From contig CAZPHK010000001.1 of the NCBI GenBank assembly GCA_964586015.1, positions 25,081 through 89,080 of the forward strand: DNA of 64,000 bases, read 5' to 3'. Numbering within the stretch: the stretch's first letter is position 1; every line of letters begins with the position of its first letter. The notes beneath the pieces were generated by a model. That model made no database searches and had not been told where the DNA came from. It was given only the letters and a program-made list of their open reading frames with translations. A program made the translations under genes and the position numbers. This DNA is from an uncultured Acidobacteriota bacterium. GTDB lineage: Bacteria > Acidobacteriota > UBA6911. This document shows positions 1-10,967 of the stretch, piece after piece.

Positions 1-554
1 GTTTACAAGGCGATGCGTACAATCGTTATCTTCCCGGCTGGGAGATGGATCCCCGGAAGGATGGTTGTGTAGAAAAATCATCGCAGCCGCGCTGTCCCGA
101 ACAGCCGGAGCAAACACTTCACGAGGGTGAACGACCGATGTGTTCAGGCTTCCAATCGACACCAGCACCTCTCTGATCAGCCTGTTTTTGGAATTAAGAT
201 GAAGCGAATAAAAATGTTCCCGTTTACAGCCGTAAAAACGCGCTCTATATCTTTGAAATAAATCATCGCTGTTCGAAAATCGTTCCCCGGCCTGAAAAGG
301 TTCGGAACAAGCCCGACACCCCAACTTCATGGCGTAGAAGAGAGATTTTGCCTGATTGGCCGAAATCTTTCCGGCCTTGCGGATCTCTTCAAGCGATGCC
401 CCGGCTATCGCTTGAACGGAGCCGAAATAAAGAAGCAGACGCCTTGAAGCCGCATGAGAGGCAATACTATTTCCGCCGCGCCCCAAAAGGCTGGACATCC
501 AGTCAAGAATATCCCGGCCGCCATTCCCTGATGGATCTTCATTTTTGTTCATAA
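1..554 (-). CDS. radC: RadC-like JAB/MPN-domain protein (DNA repair protein RadC family), truncated by the window edge at its C-terminus
   Basis: Minus-strand ORF starts at the ATG complementary to 552-554 and runs off position 1. My translation gives MNKNEDPSGNGGRDILDWMSSLLGRGG... ending in ...MIFLHNHPSGDPSPSREDNDCTHRL. The HNHPSG..PS..D motif is the JAB metalloprotease signature of the RadC family. Not in the ORF track because it is incomplete. Confidence 0.6.
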
Positions 555-796
555 CCGATCCCGGCCTGCTTTTTCTGAGGATCTTCCGTGACGCTGCATT
601 AGACAACTCTTAAAAAAACAGGCTAGAAATTAAAATGGTCCGGAGCTGAAATTTGCCAATAAATTCGTCATGGAAAATTAAATAGGGGATTCAAGCATAC
701 CGGAGATGGGGAAAAAGGAAGTGGAAATACAAAGGCGGTCATAGAAGGAGGCCCGGGGCTGATGTCGGGGCGCACGCCGAAGGGATCAATGAAATT

Positions 797-1540
797 TTAC
801 ATAGCCAATCCGCCATCCACCTGAATAACCTGGCCTGTTATATAGCGCGCCTCGTCGGATAGAAGAAATGCCGCTATGGATGCGATCTCTTCAACCCTTC
901 CGAAACGCCCTAGAGGGATATTTTTTATTAGCTCCGATTTGTACTCTTCGGATAAATTTTCCGTCATTGCGGTTTCGACGAATCCCAGGGCCAGGGCATT
1001 GACCGTGACAGTCCGCCCGGCGAACTCTCTGGCCATAGCTTTCGTCAATCCGATCATACCGGCCTTGGAAGCCGCGTAGTTCACCTGGCCGCTCATACCT
1101 CGAAGACCGCTGATTGATGTAATATTCAAAATGGAGCCTGAACGCGCTTTCAGCATAATTGGAGAAACGGCCTTGGACACGTTAAAGGCCCCTTTCAGGT
1201 TCGTATCGATAACATCATCCCAGTCCTTTTCCTTCATTCGCAGCAGCAGGGTGTCGCGGACGATCCCGGCATTGTTCACAAGAAAGTCTATGGAGCCGAA
1301 CTTTTCTTTCACGTTCTTTGCCATGTCCATAACCGCCGAATGATCCGCGACGCTCAGACAGAAGGCGAGAGCTTTACACCCCATCGCCGTGATTTCAGAA
1401 ACGAGATTTTCCGCTAAATCCCGGCTCTGTAAATAATTAAAGGCGACATTACATCCGCGTCCGGCTAATTCCAGACTGAGGGCGCGTCCGATCCCTCGTG
1501 TTCCGCCCGAAATAATGGCGGTACGTCCCTGAAAGCTCAT
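797..1540 (-). CDS. fabG: 3-oxoacyl-[acyl-carrier-protein] reductase (short-chain dehydrogenase/reductase family)
   Basis: 247 aa. N-terminal ISGGTRGIGRAL Rossmann motif, NNAG motif, YAASKAG catalytic Tyr-x3-Lys, and C-terminal ITGQVIQVDGG typical of FabG. Confidence 0.85.
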   Translation of the reverse strand: MSFQGRTAIISGGTRGIGRALSLELAGRGCNVAFNYLQSRDLAENLVSEITAMGCKALAFCLSVADHSAVMDMAKNVKEKFGSIDFLVNNAGIVRDTLLLRMKEKDWDDVIDTNLKGAFNVSKAVSPIMLKARSGSILNITSISGLRGMSGQVNYAASKAGMIGLTKAMAREFAGRTVTVNALALGFVETAMTENLSEEYKSELIKNIPLGRFGRVEEIASIAAFLLSDEARYITGQVIQVDGGLAM

Positions 1541-1758
1541 ATTTTTCTTCCAAATCTTCGGGAGCGAAGGTTAATCCGCACGGTTTCCTTAAAAAGGAAA
1601 TGGGAACATTACCCAGCTTGCCAGTATCGATATACCGATAAACGCACACAGTAGAGTTAAAAAATACTTTATGCGTTCTTTCCCGCTTCTTTTTGCAATA
1701 AAAGAAAGGACCAGCGATGTGCAAATACTGAAAATCAGCATCAGAACAAAATGATTTT

Positions 1759-2187
1759 TCATTTTTTCCTGCCCATTGCGATGTCAAAGACGTCGATTAC
1801 CACCAGCATATTTAAAAGCCCGGCAACATAGAGAAACACATTGGCGTAGTCGTAAGTGTACGTGGTGGGATCGCCCTCTCCAAGACCGCTCAGCAAGGCG
1901 ATCCAGTAAAACAATCCGAAGCCGGCATTCGCGACGAATTTCAGAATCGCCGTAATTGTGTGGAATTCCGGATTGAACAATCTGCCGTGCAAATAAAGTC
2001 CCAGCGCAAACAAACACGCAATGCTACCCAGAAAAACGAGCGCGCGGTCCCATTTTCTCAGAATGGCATGACCCAGTCCCGGGATTAAAGCTGCGGCCAC
2101 ACAAATGCCGATCGTTTTTCGGGAGATTTCTGTGGAAATTTCCGGTTGAGTTCCCAACGGAGCTTTTTGTTCCTGCTGAATTTTCAT
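1759..2187 (-). CDS. small integral membrane protein, function unknown
   Basis: 142 aa with about four hydrophobic helices (IGICVAAALIPGLGHAIL, LVFLGSIACLFALGLYLHG, LFYWIALLSGLG, VFLYVAGLLNMLVVIDVF). No recognisable catalytic motif. Confidence 0.4.
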   Translation of the reverse strand: MKIQQEQKAPLGTQPEISTEISRKTIGICVAAALIPGLGHAILRKWDRALVFLGSIACLFALGLYLHGRLFNPEFHTITAILKFVANAGFGLFYWIALLSGLGEGDPTTYTYDYANVFLYVAGLLNMLVVIDVFDIAMGRKK

Positions 2188-2572
2188 AGGGTAGGAATCT
2201 TACGGAAATGGATATAGGCAGTCAAGGTGAAAGACTCCCCGTGGTTTCATGGCGCGGATACATTTTCTGAAATCTTGAACTATCGTTTAGCCCTTTAAAA
2301 GCCGATATCTACAACGATGGCTTGTTTTTTTCTTTGGGGCTTTCAGATTAGACCCGCCTGCTCCGACAGGAACAGGAGAAAAAAGGGCACGAAGGCAAAA
2401 AGACGCGGTTTCGCCCTGAATTTGTCTTTGTCCGGTGTTTACAGGTTAAAGAATAATTTTCTGCTCCGTCTAGAATTGCCGCACGAAACCGGTAGGACAC
2501 GTTTCATGCATCCGACGGCTTGTTGCAACGATGCATGGGCCATTTTCCTGACGGCGCACAACAGGAATCTCT

Positions 2573-3691
2573 ATGAATCTCGATACGCTGCTTCGCACTA
2601 TGGTCAATAAAGGCGCATCCGATATGCACCTGAAAGTAGGATGCCTTCCACATCTGCGTCTCAACGGCGAACTGGTTCCCCTTGGGGACCAGGGAAAGCT
2701 GGAGAAAGAAGAATGTCTCATGATGGCATTTTCCGTCATGAACAACAGGCAGAAAGAACGCTTCCGGGATGCCAGTGAAGTGGATGTCGGGTATGGAGTT
2801 CGCGGCCTCGGCAGGTTCCGTATGAATATTTTTCAACAGCGTGGAAACGTCTCGCTCGCAATCCGTGCCATCCCAAGCAATATAAAAGGGTTCGATGAGT
2901 TATGTCTGCCCAAAGTGGTTGAAAAAATAGCTCGGGAACCGAGGGGGCTCGTCCTGGTCACCGGTACAACCGGCTCAGGAAAATCGACAACCATCGCTTC
3001 CATGCTGGACTATATAAACAAGAACATGATGCGCCACATCATAACCATCGAAGATCCTATAGAGTTCCTTCACACCGATCGAATGAGCCTGATAAGCCAG
3101 CGCGAAATCAGCGTGGATGCGACAGATTTCGCCTCCTCACTCCGAAGTTCTCTGCGCCAGGACCCCGACGTCATCCTGGTCGGTGAAATGCGCGACCTGG
3201 AAACAATAGAAACCGCTCTGCTTGCGGCGGAAACAGGTCACCTTGTTTTCAGCACGCTTCACACGATGGATGCAGTGGAAACCATCAACCGAATTACAAC
3301 GGTATTTCCCAACCATCAACAACGCCAGATACGACTGCAGCTCGCCATGGTTCTTAAGGCCGTAGTTTCCATGCGTCTTATCAGAAAATCCGACAACACA
3401 GGACGTATTCCGGCTATTGAAATAATGCGTGTCACGGAGTATATCCGTAACTGTATCCTGGATCCTGAAAAAGTAAAATTGTTCCGGGAGGCGATAGCGG
3501 CCGGCACATCCGAATATGGCATGCAGACTTTCGATCAGTCGATTTACGAGCATTACCAGGCGGAACGAATAACCCTTGAAGACGCGCTCAATTATTCAAC
3601 CAATCCGGAAGAATTCAAGCTGCGGGTTCAGGGTATTTACACTACGAAGGATGCGGCGATCGAATCGATGGAACAGGAAATGATCCGGTAG
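2573..3691 (+). CDS. pilT: type IV pilus retraction ATPase PilT (twitching motility protein)
   Basis: 372 aa. N-terminal MHLKVG...L.LNGEL, Walker A GTTGSGKSTT, and the PilT/PilU family DPIEF and GEMRD motifs. Confidence 0.85.
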   Translation: MNLDTLLRTMVNKGASDMHLKVGCLPHLRLNGELVPLGDQGKLEKEECLMMAFSVMNNRQKERFRDASEVDVGYGVRGLGRFRMNIFQQRGNVSLAIRAIPSNIKGFDELCLPKVVEKIAREPRGLVLVTGTTGSGKSTTIASMLDYINKNMMRHIITIEDPIEFLHTDRMSLISQREISVDATDFASSLRSSLRQDPDVILVGEMRDLETIETALLAAETGHLVFSTLHTMDAVETINRITTVFPNHQQRQIRLQLAMVLKAVVSMRLIRKSDNTGRIPAIEIMRVTEYIRNCILDPEKVKLFREAIAAGTSEYGMQTFDQSIYEHYQAERITLEDALNYSTNPEEFKLRVQGIYTTKDAAIESMEQEMIR

Positions 3692-3808
3692 CCGCTCCCA
3701 ATAACCGCCCGTTCCGCCGACTGACAAATCAATATAAGCCTGCCCCCCGTTCTGTGCCGCGAATTAATACAGCAGCAAAAGCTTTTTGTAACGGGCCAAG
3801 GAATTCCG

Positions 3809-4294
3809 GTGAAATCAGATCTTCAAAAAAAGGCGGCGGCGCTTCTTGCGCGGCGCGCATACAGCAGAGGTGAGATCCGACAAAAGCTCCTGAAAGCAGC
3901 GGATGAGCCGGTTGTGGAAACCGTCCTGGACCGCCTCGAACATCTGAAGCTTCTCAACGACCTCGATTACGCGTATAATTTTGCACTTTCCCGAGTCGGT
4001 CGGGAGGGATGGGGCCCGGAGAAGATACGCAGGGCGCTCCATAACCGCCGGGTATCCGCTTCCGATATTTCCACGGCTCTCGATCAGATTCGCTCTGTTG
4101 TGGGCGACGATTACGCCCTCGGGGAATACTTAAAAAGATACTTTGCTAAAAAAGGAATGCCGGAGTGCCCGAACAGCGTTCGTAAACTCGTTACGCATCT
4201 GCACCGGCGAGGTTATAATCGAAACAGCATGATCAAAGTATTGAAACAATCGCTTCCAGAGGAAATGATGCGGTATTTCGAAACGGGAGATTGA
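3809..4294 (+). CDS. recX: RecA regulator RecX
   Basis: 161 aa, helical and basic. LLARRAYSRGEIRQKL and repeated ...LDD..YA motifs are RecX-like. It sits immediately upstream of alaS, the classic recX-alaS arrangement. Confidence 0.7.
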   Translation: MKSDLQKKAAALLARRAYSRGEIRQKLLKAADEPVVETVLDRLEHLKLLNDLDYAYNFALSRVGREGWGPEKIRRALHNRRVSASDISTALDQIRSVVGDDYALGEYLKRYFAKKGMPECPNSVRKLVTHLHRRGYNRNSMIKVLKQSLPEEMMRYFETGD

Positions 4295-4295
4295 A

Positions 4296-6938
4296 TTGAC
4301 CACCAGCAATACGATACGCCAGTCTTTTTTAAATTATTTTGAGCAAAAGGCTCATACGGTCGTACCCAGCTCTTCCCTGATTCCATTTAACGATCCGACC
4401 CTGCTTTTTACAAATGCCGGAATGAATCAGTTCAAGGACATTTTTCTCGGCAATCAGAGTGCGCCTTACAGCCGGGCTTCCACCAGCCAGAAGTGCATGC
4501 GGGTCAGCGGAAAACACAATGACTTCAAAGATGTGGGCCACTCGAGCCGGCATCATACCTTTTTTGAAATGCTGGGCAATTTTTCTTTTGGAGATTATTT
4601 CAAGAAAGACGCCATTCATTTTGCCTGGGAGCTGCTGACAAAAACTTTCAATCTTGATCCAAAACGCCTCTGGGTAACCGTCTTCCAGGACGACGAAGAG
4701 GCCTGGAATATCTGGCATTCCCAGGAAAAAATTCCGGAAGGAAAAATATTACGGCTCGGCGAATCGGACAATTTTTGGGCGATGGGAGATACGGGTCCCT
4801 GCGGTCCCTGCTCCGAACTTCATTACGATCTGGGAGAAAGCCCGCTGCGGGATCACGGGGAATGCGACCTGACGTGCCCGTGCGGCCGCTGGGTCGAAGT
4901 ATGGAACCTGGTTTTCATGCAGTACAATCGGGACGTCGAAGGAAAGATGAACCCTTTGCCCGCGCCGTCGATCGACACGGGAATGGGATTTGAACGCATA
5001 ACGACAATACTTCAAAACAAAACGACTACTTACGACACCGATCTTTTTATTCCGCTGCTGGATGCGGTGGCCGAAATATCCGGCATCGAATACGGGAACG
5101 ATTCAAACGACGACGTTTCGATGAAGATAATCGCGGACCATGTCCGGGCTGCCAATTTCGTAATCGGAGACGGACAATATCCCGGAAACGACAAACGCGG
5201 ATATGTCCTGCGCAAGATTATGAGGCGGGCCATTGTTCATGGAAAGCGGCTGGGCATCGAAGATCCCTTCCTGTACCGCATTGCAAGCGCCGTTGTCGAG
5301 ACGATGAAAACCGCGTACCCGGAACTCGTTCAAACAAGAGAAACTGTCGCACGGGTCATCAAGCAGGAAGAAGATTCCTTTGCGGGCACTTTGGGTGAGG
5401 GATTGAAGGATTTCAACGACCGGGCTAAAAACATCAAGGCCAGAGGTTCCCGCACACTGCCGGGAGAAGAAGCGTTCTTTTTATACGATACCCGTGGATT
5501 GCCGATTGAAATCATTGAAGATCTTGCCATGGAAAACGATCTCGTCGTCGACGAGGCCGGTTTTACAAAGGCGTTGGAAAGACAACAGGAACGTTCGCGG
5601 CGGGATTATTTGTCCGGCAAAGTCAACGAACAGGTCGCCCAATCCTTATACGAAGGAAAAACAAGCTTTGTGGGCTACGGAATCTCGGGCCCCATGAAGT
5701 CCACAGTACGCGCAATCATTGTGGATGGAAACCGTACGGACCGTATCGAGGCCGGTCAGAAAGGGGAACTCGTACTGGATGCCACCCCTTTCTATGCCGA
5801 GGCCGGCGGCCAGGTCGGCGACACCGGTTATCTGGTTAAAAACAAGAGCCGTGCCCGTGTTGAAGACACCGTTTATCAGGGTACCGTTATAGCCCATCAC
5901 GTTGAGCAGGAAAGCGGTCTGTTGCAGGCAGGCGATGAGGTAGATGCAATCATAGACCTCGAAAAACGGTATCGAACCATGAAAAACCACACGGCAACAC
6001 ATCTCCTCCAGGCGGCGTTACGCAAAGTCCTCGGCGACCATGTGAAGCAGGCCGGCTCTTTTGTATCGCCGGATCGCCTCAGGTTTGACTTTGTTCACTA
6101 TGCTCCCCTGACCGCGGCTGAAATCCGAAAAATTGAGGATTACGTAAATGAATGCATCTGGAAGAATACGGGCGTCGTAACAACAATCATGGACTTAAAA
6201 AGTGCCATGAAATCGGGAGCGGTCGCGCTTTTCGGCGAAAAATACCAGGAGAATGTCCGGGTTATCGAAGTGCCGGGATTCAGCAAGGAGCTTTGCGGTG
6301 GAACGCATGTGCCCGCAACGGGATCGATCGGACTTTTTAAAATAATAAGCGAAGGGGGGATCGCCGCCGGTATCCGGCGTATCGAGGCGTTAACGGGCCC
6401 GGCGGCATTCGAGCGTTTTCGCTCCGGCGACCGTATTCTCGATAATATTTATGAGGACTACAAGGTATCAAGGGATGAAATAGATGCTTTCATCCATAAA
6501 CTGCAGGGTAATATCCGTGAGTTGCAGCGACAGAATCAGGAATTAAAAGCCAGGTCCGCCCGCTCCAACATCACGGATATATTGTCATCTGCAAGGGAAA
6601 TACGCGGGATCAAGGTTGTGTCCGCCCGTGTTCCTTCCATAGACAGGGCAGGTCTCAGGAATCTTGCCGATGAATTGAAACGGAAGATCGGGTCCGGAAT
6701 TGTCATCCTTGGAACGGATCAGGAAGGAAAAGCGGCATTAGTTGTTATGGTAACGGAAGATATCAGCAGGAAGGTGCCCGCCGGTCAAATCATTAAAAAA
6801 ATTGCCCCACTGGTCAACGGCGGCGGCGGCGGAAAACCTGAATTGGCCGAAGCAGGGGGTAAAGATTCCGCGAAATTGGCCGATGCAATCGAATACGGCT
6901 ACTCTGTTGTCGAAGAATGCATGGGTAGCGAAATTTGA
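4296..6938 (+). CDS. alaS: alanine--tRNA ligase
   Basis: 880 aa. Class II motifs KCMRVSGKHNDFKDVGHSSRHHTFFEMLGNFSFGDYFK and CGGTHV, plus a C-terminal DHHA1 region with a GGGGGKPELAEAGGKD tail. Confidence 0.95.
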   Translation: MTTSNTIRQSFLNYFEQKAHTVVPSSSLIPFNDPTLLFTNAGMNQFKDIFLGNQSAPYSRASTSQKCMRVSGKHNDFKDVGHSSRHHTFFEMLGNFSFGDYFKKDAIHFAWELLTKTFNLDPKRLWVTVFQDDEEAWNIWHSQEKIPEGKILRLGESDNFWAMGDTGPCGPCSELHYDLGESPLRDHGECDLTCPCGRWVEVWNLVFMQYNRDVEGKMNPLPAPSIDTGMGFERITTILQNKTTTYDTDLFIPLLDAVAEISGIEYGNDSNDDVSMKIIADHVRAANFVIGDGQYPGNDKRGYVLRKIMRRAIVHGKRLGIEDPFLYRIASAVVETMKTAYPELVQTRETVARVIKQEEDSFAGTLGEGLKDFNDRAKNIKARGSRTLPGEEAFFLYDTRGLPIEIIEDLAMENDLVVDEAGFTKALERQQERSRRDYLSGKVNEQVAQSLYEGKTSFVGYGISGPMKSTVRAIIVDGNRTDRIEAGQKGELVLDATPFYAEAGGQVGDTGYLVKNKSRARVEDTVYQGTVIAHHVEQESGLLQAGDEVDAIIDLEKRYRTMKNHTATHLLQAALRKVLGDHVKQAGSFVSPDRLRFDFVHYAPLTAAEIRKIEDYVNECIWKNTGVVTTIMDLKSAMKSGAVALFGEKYQENVRVIEVPGFSKELCGGTHVPATGSIGLFKIISEGGIAAGIRRIEALTGPAAFERFRSGDRILDNIYEDYKVSRDEIDAFIHKLQGNIRELQRQNQELKARSARSNITDILSSAREIRGIKVVSARVPSIDRAGLRNLADELKRKIGSGIVILGTDQEGKAALVVMVTEDISRKVPAGQIIKKIAPLVNGGGGGKPELAEAGGKDSAKLADAIEYGYSVVEECMGSEI

Positions 6939-7043
6939 GGAGTGCAAGGACTGTCTATAAACACCGGAAATTTATAAAGTTTTCATAGATGTGCCAATGA
7001 ACCGGGCCTCCATTCCGGATCGGAGGCTGTTTCCCGGAAACAG

Positions 7044-7757
7044 TTGAAAAGAAACCAGATGCGGCTAAAACACTCGTGGCTCTTCATTTTGTCTTCCATT
7101 GCGATGATCCCTGTTGCCGGCCCAGCCTTACAGGGAGAGGATTTCTATTCCTATCTTGACGACAGCGGGGCTCAGGTTTTAACAAATATACCGCCTGTTT
7201 CCGAAACAACCTTGACGGATTTAACTTCCGTCCCCCAAAACAAGGAGCAGAATTCTGATCTCTCCTCAGGAATTGCTGCGCCCGACTCCCGTAAATTCGA
7301 TCCGATTATCAACAAATATGCCAACTATTATGAACTGGATCCTTCATTGATTCACTCAATAATCGCAACGGAATCAGGCTTCAATCCCAACGCGGTTTCC
7401 TCCAAAGGAGCTCGCGGGCTTATGCAATTGATGCCGGCAACAGCCGCGCGGTTAGGGGTGAAAAACAGCTTCGATCCGGAGCAGAATATATGTGCCGGTG
7501 TGCGGCATTTTCGCTCACTTATGGATATGTTCAACAATAATCTGGATCTGAGCCTTGCAGCCTACAATGCGGGAGAAAACCTGGTCCGGCGTCTGGGCCG
7601 TGTTCCTATGTATCAAGAAACGATTGATTATGTCCGGTCCGTAACACGCCGATACAAGGAAAGACAAGACAACGTGCAGGAACAGGAAAACCGTACATAT
7701 CGGTATGTCGACGCCAGAGGAGTGCTTCATTTAACGAACATTCCACCGGCTCGTTAA
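7044..7757 (+). CDS. lytic transglycosylase (SLT domain) with signal peptide
   Basis: 237 aa. Signal-like N-terminus; SLT catalytic region IATESGFNPNAVSSKGARGLMQLMP and AYNAGENLV. Confidence 0.75.
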   Translation: MKRNQMRLKHSWLFILSSIAMIPVAGPALQGEDFYSYLDDSGAQVLTNIPPVSETTLTDLTSVPQNKEQNSDLSSGIAAPDSRKFDPIINKYANYYELDPSLIHSIIATESGFNPNAVSSKGARGLMQLMPATAARLGVKNSFDPEQNICAGVRHFRSLMDMFNNNLDLSLAAYNAGENLVRRLGRVPMYQETIDYVRSVTRRYKERQDNVQEQENRTYRYVDARGVLHLTNIPPAR

Positions 7758-7944
7758 TCCCGGCGACAAGCACGCTGGGGAAGAAATACGGTCTGCTTGA
7801 CGGAATATTTTTATCAGGCCAATACAGCGCCTTCCGTTTAAAACAACCGGAGCCGTTTTTCATTATTCAGTATATAAACATTTTCCGGGCAGTGGAGGTA
7901 AGCCGCAAACACCTTAATTATCAATAAGTTCTATCAATATAACC

Positions 7945-9879
7945 TTGACTTTAAATTTCGATACCCTTATGATTCGACGCATGAGTCACGGCAGATGCGG
8001 ACCCCGATACTTTGGCGCATTGAACCGCCTCGTCCTTTTCATTATCATTACAGTTTTTGCTGTTGAGGCCGGTCAATGGGATACCGCGGGAGCACAGCGT
8101 GCATTTGCAGAAGCGGAGAAGGAGTTCGGCCTACTGAAACAGAATCCGGATGCAACCGACTCCGAGTACCTGCATTGCGCCCGGAACTACCGGTTGGTGT
8201 ACACCAGGGATCCACATTACGAAAATTCCGCGGATGCTGTTTTTAAGGAAGGGCTGCTATATCAAAAAATGGGAGACCTGCTTGAAAGGCAGGAATATTA
8301 TTTCCTTGCAGTAAAGCGCTTCAATTTTCTGGTATCGGATTACGGAGGCAATAATAACTGTCCGGACGCTCTGTTGCGGATCGGTGATATTTACACCAAC
8401 AAACTGATCGATAAGGAGAAAGCCCGGGAAGCATACCTGATTCTCAAAACTCAATACGGTCGTTCGAAGAATCAACCTTCCGAAACTGCTCCCATACCTT
8501 CCCCTGAAACGCCTCCCGGCCGGGAATCCTCCCAAATGCGCAGTAAACGCGTCCAGACGGGATCAAAAACCACGATTCGCAACATTCGTCACTGGTCGTC
8601 GAGGGACTATACGCGTCTGGTCATCGATATGGATTCAGATGCCCAATACGAAAAAGCGCTCCTGCACAATCCCAGCCGTATGTATTTCGATATCGCCAAT
8701 GCGTGTCTGGAGGACGGTTTGCATAACCGCACTTACTCCATACAGGACAATTTCCTTAAACAGGTCAGAATCGCACAGTACAGTCCGGACACAGTTCGTA
8801 TAGTCCTTGATTTCTCAAACTTCAAAACCTACTCGGTATTCAAACTTCAGAATCCCTTCAGGATCGTGATCGACCTGCATAACCATCCGGGGGAGCAGGC
8901 AAAAACCGCCAAACCAGAGCCCGCGAACCCGGCTTTCCCTGAAATATCAAAACCATCCCCGGCGGAGTCTTCGTCAGGAAAAAGCGTGGATTCCAAGGGA
9001 ATTTCCAATAAAAAGAAATCGAAAGCGTCTTCTGAAAACACAGAGGCTCAGCCGCTCAGTGGGAAAAAGGTTCTGTTGTCCGAACTGATCATGAAAGATC
9101 TTCCCGATTCCCCGCGGGCTGCGGACCCGACAAGCCACGGACAGCAAACCATGACGCGCATGCTCGGTTTGAAAATCGGAAGGATCGTTCTGGATCCGGG
9201 GCATGGAGGACACGATCTCGGCACCGTGGGTCCCGGTGGATTATTCGAAAAAGACCTGGTTCTCTCCCTGGCATTTAAACTGAAAACAATGCTGGAACAG
9301 AAACTTGGGGCGGAAGTGATCCTGACGCGGGACAAGGATATTTTCGTTCCCCTTGAAAAGCGCACGGAGATAGCCAATCAGAGTCGAGCGGACCTGTTTA
9401 TTTCGATACATGCCAATTCAAGCCGTTATCGCTCAACCAGCGGCGTGGAAACATACTATCTTGATTTCGCAAAATCCGACTCGGAACGCGAAGTGGCAGC
9501 CCGTGAAAATGCCGGTTCCGGCAACAGCATCAGTGATCTCGAAAACCTGGTCAAGCAGATCACCCAGGCGGACAAATCCGCCGAATCAAAGGAGCTCGCC
9601 TCATTGATTCAAAACAATCTCTACCGGGAATCTAAAACGATCTCTGCATCCACTCGCAACCGAGGCGTTCGCCGGGCGCCTTTCGTAGTGCTGATCGGGG
9701 CTAATATGCCTTCAATCCTGACGGAAGTGGCCTTTCTCAGCAATCCGAAGGACGAGAAACTGCTGAACAGAGAAAAAAACCGGGACCTTCTGGTGGATGC
9801 GCTGTTTTCCGGAATTGAGGACTATATGAAGAAGCTGGGAACTTATCCTATCGCGTACCGGACAACCCAAGATAAATGA
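7945..9879 (+). CDS. N-acetylmuramoyl-L-alanine amidase (Amidase_3 / AmiC-like) with N-terminal TPR-like region and a long low-complexity linker
   Basis: 644 aa. C-terminal Amidase_3 motifs LDPGHGGHDLGTVG, ADLFISIHANS, TEVAFLSN. The N-terminal half is helical repeat; the middle is Pro/Ser/Lys-rich. The true start may be at an internal Met. Confidence 0.75.
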   Translation: MTLNFDTLMIRRMSHGRCGPRYFGALNRLVLFIIITVFAVEAGQWDTAGAQRAFAEAEKEFGLLKQNPDATDSEYLHCARNYRLVYTRDPHYENSADAVFKEGLLYQKMGDLLERQEYYFLAVKRFNFLVSDYGGNNNCPDALLRIGDIYTNKLIDKEKAREAYLILKTQYGRSKNQPSETAPIPSPETPPGRESSQMRSKRVQTGSKTTIRNIRHWSSRDYTRLVIDMDSDAQYEKALLHNPSRMYFDIANACLEDGLHNRTYSIQDNFLKQVRIAQYSPDTVRIVLDFSNFKTYSVFKLQNPFRIVIDLHNHPGEQAKTAKPEPANPAFPEISKPSPAESSSGKSVDSKGISNKKKSKASSENTEAQPLSGKKVLLSELIMKDLPDSPRAADPTSHGQQTMTRMLGLKIGRIVLDPGHGGHDLGTVGPGGLFEKDLVLSLAFKLKTMLEQKLGAEVILTRDKDIFVPLEKRTEIANQSRADLFISIHANSSRYRSTSGVETYYLDFAKSDSEREVAARENAGSGNSISDLENLVKQITQADKSAESKELASLIQNNLYRESKTISASTRNRGVRRAPFVVLIGANMPSILTEVAFLSNPKDEKLLNREKNRDLLVDALFSGIEDYMKKLGTYPIAYRTTQDK

Positions 9880-10967
9880 AATCTCTCGCCCTTTTTTTCA
9901 TAATACTCGTCGCTGCCGTACCCGCAATCGCACAAATTGAACCTGTTTCCGATAATTACTTCCCGGCGGACCGCGAGTTCGGGGAATTTAAAAGCATCGG
10001 GTCTGAGAACCGTATCGCTGATCCCGGCGGCTTAACCGGCATCAAAAACGGAAAACTGTTCGCATCCGTTGGCTTCGACAGTTACGCACAACGCACATAT
10101 AATCTGGAAAATTCAAAAACCCTTTCCATAGAAATTGTATCTCTCATCGATGCCCGAGCCGCGTTTTCACTGCTCACTCTTCTCAGGACAACCGGCATTC
10201 AAGAAGGTCCTCCCGGAGATGAATTCGCTTCCGATTCCGGCCGCATAATTTTTTGCCACGGTCGGAGATTTGTTCGCATCATGGGAGATGAAATCCCCGA
10301 CGCGCTGATCCAACGTGCAGCCGTCTCGGTCAGCAACCGGATGGGTAAGCCCGACTATAAAATTCCCTCCCTGATTTCACTTTTTCCTAAAACCGGCCTG
10401 GATATTTCGACCCTCCGGTATTTCCCCGGAACGAAAGCTTTTGAATCTTTTGACCGGAAAACTTCGGACGGTATAATTCCTATTCTTTACGATATGGAGA
10501 TCGCCCGGGCCCGTTTTTCCGTTAAAAATCAGTCGGGCACTCTCTTCCTTTTGAAATTTCCCACGCACCAGGTTGCCGAAGAGTATTTCACGGAAATCTC
10601 CGAAACGGCACACTCCCATGATGGCGACGACAACACCTACCTCCGCAGAATAGGCCCTTTGATGTGCGTGCTCGAAGGCTCATTCAGCCCGGGCACCGCG
10701 AACGATATACTCAAACCCGTTCGCTACAGTTATACCGTCCAGTGGATTTACAATAAAAATTCCAAACCCACAACGGTATGGGGAATTCCCGTCAGCATCC
10801 TCGGTTCCACCGTGCTGGCGTTTTTTATTGTCGTAGTGACTTGCGGTCTGTCTGTTCTGGCCGGTGTCGGACTCGCCGCATGCAGGCTGATGTTGCGTCG
10901 ATTATTTCCTAAAAACCCTTTGGATAATCCAAAAAGAACCGAAATAACCAGGTTGAAACTAAAATGA
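9876..10967 (+). CDS. hypothetical exported protein with C-terminal membrane anchor
   Basis: 363 aa. N-terminal signal peptide MKSLALFFIILVAAVPAIAQ and a C-terminal hydrophobic helix VLAFFIVVVTCGLSVLAGVGLAA. No recognisable domain. Overlaps the amidase stop and the crp-like start by 4 bp each, so it is probably translationally coupled. Confidence 0.35.
   Translation: MKSLALFFIILVAAVPAIAQIEPVSDNYFPADREFGEFKSIGSENRIADPGGLTGIKNGKLFASVGFDSYAQRTYNLENSKTLSIEIVSLIDARAAFSLLTLLRTTGIQEGPPGDEFASDSGRIIFCHGRRFVRIMGDEIPDALIQRAAVSVSNRMGKPDYKIPSLISLFPKTGLDISTLRYFPGTKAFESFDRKTSDGIIPILYDMEIARARFSVKNQSGTLFLLKFPTHQVAEEYFTEISETAHSHDGDDNTYLRRIGPLMCVLEGSFSPGTANDILKPVRYSYTVQWIYNKNSKPTTVWGIPVSILGSTVLAFFIVVVTCGLSVLAGVGLAACRLMLRRLFPKNPLDNPKRTEITRLKLK

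Noticed and set aside
348-554. 68-aa plus-strand ORF at the window start
   Set aside because: Antisense to the RadC-like gene, whose JAB motif HNHPSG is clear on the minus strand.
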